A stretch of DNA of 64,000 nt from Nageia nagi (lineage: Eukaryota > Plantae > Pinophyta), in contig JBITNC010000001.1 of assembly GCA_050084985.1 (NCBI GenBank), forward strand, positions 191,332,001 through 191,396,000, in the 5' to 3' direction. Position 1 is the stretch's first letter. The number at the start of each line of letters is the position of its first letter. The translations under genes were made by a program, and so were the position numbers. Below, one piece after another: positions 60,301-64,000 of this stretch. The notes under the pieces are model-generated. The model made no database searches and had not been told where the DNA came from. It saw only the letters and a program-made list of their open reading frames with translations.

Positions 60301-63300
60301 CATTGGGATTTATCACTATAAATATTATTATTTTATATCTAGATATGGATTTTACAAGGTATATTTTGGTACCTTTTCATAATCAGTAAGTTTACAATCA
60401 CATATTTCAGCATTGGCACTGTTTCTAGCATCAACTCTAGGATTTGACATAATTTGGTTAAGCAATTTAAGACACCATATTGCTGAATAAAATATAAATT
60501 AAATCTATATTTAAATTCTATAGAATATCATAAGTCATTATAAATCATGTTAGAACATTAAAAGATCCTTTCTTTCATGAATGCTATCATAGCATACAAG
60601 CTAGAAAGGGGGCATGAAAGAACCATAAAAAATGTTAGATTCATGATAGATCATTCTATCAGTTTTAATTTCAATTGTACATTTTACTCCATTTCTATTC
60701 TTCTTTGGAATATATAATTTTTGTTTCCACCATTACATATCCAAAGAGGGGTAAATATATAAAAATGATTTGTATATATTTAAAAATCATATTTATGATT
60801 ATCCAAAAATCAAAGATATAAAAGATAATTATTCTAAATACTCACTAGCCATGTACTAGTCAAGCCTAACTATCCATAATCATTCTAATGCTTGCAAAAT
60901 GTAATGAAAACTTTTGAAGTAAATTCACCTCTGTTGTGCTTGCACAACACACCCCAAAATACAAGATTTTGGGGACCCTATTTTTGCAAAGGCAATGAGA
61001 TGCATTGCCTAGAGTTTGGCCTTAGGTGACAGAGAGTTGATTTTGATGCAATATAGAGATGATATGAGGAAGCAATACATGGAGATTATTTGTCAAAGAC
61101 CTTGAAGCGATTTAGAGCATCCAGTCACCAATTTTGGAGCCAAGGAACCATTATTTGAGTGACATCACCAAAGAAAAGATTTTTGGGTTTTGAATGAGGC
61201 CTATGGAGATGGTTCGTTTTTCAAAGCTTGCTAGAGTTGGAATATGAAGATACAATCTAGTAATGGACCTTGTTTCAGGCAAGTATAGGCTTGGAAATTT
61301 TGGAATTGGACCAAGTTTGCTCCTTCTCAAGCCTAGGCATAATTTTCAAGGCTTTGATGACATCAAAGCCTAGGAATTGGCACCTAAGGAAAATAGGGTG
61401 CATTTTGGATAAAATTGGATTGAATTTTGAGAAAGCCTAGCTATGAAGGGTCAAATTCTAAGCATGTTTGGGCTTGGAAATTTGTGAATTGTATCAAAAT
61501 TGCACCAAGGAGAGATAGGCACATGTTTTGGAGGTTTGAGGCCACCAAAGAGAAAAAATTGGGTGCCTAGGCTCAAAGTACTTGTTTTTCACATAATTTT
61601 GATTCCAATTTCAAAGACATTGTAAGATGGAGGCAAATGAGGAAGTTTGCTCTTGGAATTTTTGAAAAAGATCAAAATATATGTCCAAGGCACATAGGTG
61701 CATGTTTTGAGGGATTGACTTCATCAAAGCTAAAAATTTGGCGCCTGGATCCAATTGCACTAAAAATGATCAAATTTTGACTTTGTCAAATCAAAATTTG
61801 GAGACATGGGTATTGTGAGCAATGCAAAGTTTAACAAGTTTAACCTTGGAGGTTTCCAAAATGGACCAAAATAACTTCCCCCAAGCATAGGTGCATATTT
61901 TCATGCTTTGCCATCATCAAACACAAAACAATGGTGTATGAGAATGGCTTATTATTGACCAAAGATTTGAAATTATTTTGAACACATGGAATGATAAAGG
62001 GTGAAAAATTACACAAGATTGCCTTTGGAACTCACCCAAATGGACCAAAATTACTTCCCCAAAAACTAGACACATATTTTTAAGCTTTGTTATCATCAAA
62101 CCCAAATTTTTGGCACCTATGCACACCAAAATGATAAAGTTTTGACTTGGTTAATTCGAAATTCTAGCACATGAGTATTGAGGGGATAAAAAATCAAGCA
62201 AATTTAGGCTCGAAGTTTTCCAAATTGCACAAAAATTGAAGCTCCCACACCTAGGCACAAAGTCCAAGGCTTCGAGGTCACCAAAAAGAAAAAAAATGGC
62301 ACCTAGGGTGAGGAAAAGACCATTTTGACAAAAATTTGAAAATTTGTTTGAAAGTATGGGAGGATGCACTATCAAATTTCACACCTTTTGGCTAAAGATA
62401 TTTTCAAAATAGCTAAAAAGAAATGCACTTCAAGGATAAGCACATGTTTTCAAGCTTTGACATCGTCAAAGCTAAACAATTGGTGACTAAGGAAGAATGA
62501 GACTATTTTGAGCAAATTTCAACATGCAAAGTTTGAAAATAAAAAACATGGATAAGTTGTGCAAGGTCATTCCAAGCATGTTTAGGCTTGCAACTTTTCA
62601 ATTTTGAGCAAATCCACTCTCTCCCCAATCTAGGTGCAGTTTTCCCGAGATCAATTTATATGCAAAATGCACCTATTGGGAGTTGATCAAATGAAGCTAT
62701 GAAATCAAGTAGAAATGCACAAAAGGGTACATTTGAACACACAACCTTAAGCACTTGAGCATTTAAGCACCAAACATGAGCTTTTTGACCAAACTTATAA
62801 GCCACACTTGGGCACTAGAGCCAATTTTTCATCGAAGTGCTCAAAATTCCAAATTTTGATCCCAAGCTCCAAAAACCCTCAATTTGATCTTAAACACCTT
62901 CAAGATCCATCTCCTATCCATCCATGGCCATATAAGATCGATCCGAGATTTTAAATTTTTGATAAAATCGCCCCCCATCATTTTCCATATTTTAGACCAA
63001 AAATCCATTTTTCCAAGAAATCCTCACCAAATCACTCAAAATCTTGGAAGATCCCTCAAATCAAAAGGTGAATCTACATTTGAAGAAAAAGGGTACTCAA
63101 AGATGGTGGAGAAGATCTAAAGTATGCTCAAGATCCGCAAGATCCTTCGTAAAAGGATCAATTTTCAATGTATATAGACTAAAGTGGTTAAAAGGATGAA
63201 CGTTTTCTCCTTCCACTTTAAATGTAATTTATTTTTACTTTTCTTTTCATTTCAATTGGGTTAGAAATAGGGCAATGCCCAAACATTGGCCTCAAAAAGT

Positions 63301-64000
63301 CTATAAATAGACCATAGGGGTTCTCCTTTTGAGTTAGAATGCTCAAGTGTAAGAAAATGCCTAATTTCATGAAAGTTGAAATTTTTTGTAAAAAGGAGCA
63401 AATTGATGTATATGTGCATAACTCTTTTATGATGTTAATACAAGTGGCTAAATATTGATTGAAAGTGGTTTTATCATCAATTGGAGTTGTGGATTGATCC
63501 TTAAGAGCATTATGTCATAATTTGAATATTTTCGTGCCTTCTCTTTGAAAACTCACGAATTTTAAGAGAATTTGTTGGAAATATTTTAAAGTGTTTGAAT
63601 CATCCCAAATTGTTGCTAATCCATTGCTTTCATGTTTAAATGTTTAGTATTCTAAATTGTCTTTCTTTTATGACATCTGATTAGACTTCTTGTTCAAAAC
63701 CAATCTGTCTCTATGACCTACGCTAAGTTTTTTTGATTGCATCGATCCCGTTCGTGAGTACCAATAGTCAGCTTTGCTTCCGCTCTTCTTTGAAATGATT
63801 TGAACAATAGTCATTTGTTTCAACACTTGATGAATTGAACAAGACCTCTTGAATTGATCCAAAAGAAAGAAAGTTTAGACAATGTTGCATTGTGACAATC
63901 TACTTTGAAATCTAGCCAAGTGTCGCCTCATTCTCAACCTTTTTCCTTTTCTTTATTTTTTCATTATCTTTAAAATCCATAGCAACTTTCGAACATTGCA
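57375..64000. repeat. Segment Y, copy 3 (runs off the window)
   Basis: Matches 1-8393 without the 1.54-kb duplication and with a ~230-bp gap near 62645. Confidence 0.97.
60932..64000 (+). mobile_element. Solo LTR, copy 3 (same insertion site; incomplete in window)
   Basis: acctc|TGTTGTGCTTGCAC start identical to 3557. Confidence 0.88.

Overview
AT-rich plant nuclear DNA, probably a gymnosperm/conifer (inferred from PPR motif style and LTR termini). I see no intact protein-coding gene; nearly all ORF-track entries are antisense shadows or decayed fragments. Contents: (i) a large solo LTR (3557-8645, TGTTG...CAACA, TSD ACCTC/ACCTT) splitting the integrase of an old minus-strand Copia; (ii) a relatively young full-length Copia (21968-30780; 483-bp LTRs differing at 9 sites, TSD GCTAT) nested in another LTR and carrying PPR-gene fragments in its leader; (iii) an old plus-strand Copia present twice; (iv) CACTA remnants; (v) pseudogene fragments of PLS-class PPR, PDR-type ABCG and nodulin-like/NFD4 MFS genes; (vi) layered duplications (position 1 = 43150 = 57375; 32420-43149 repeated at 46669-57374) with microhomology and templated-insert junctions. 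The most unusual signal is in the solo LTR: nine copies of a fixed-length 53-bp dyad-symmetric element spaced 179-194 bp apart (nucleosome-scale period). Next are two tandem arrays of a 111-bp (37-codon) unit derived from the PPR S2/E1 junction. All analysis was by eye; no database search was run.
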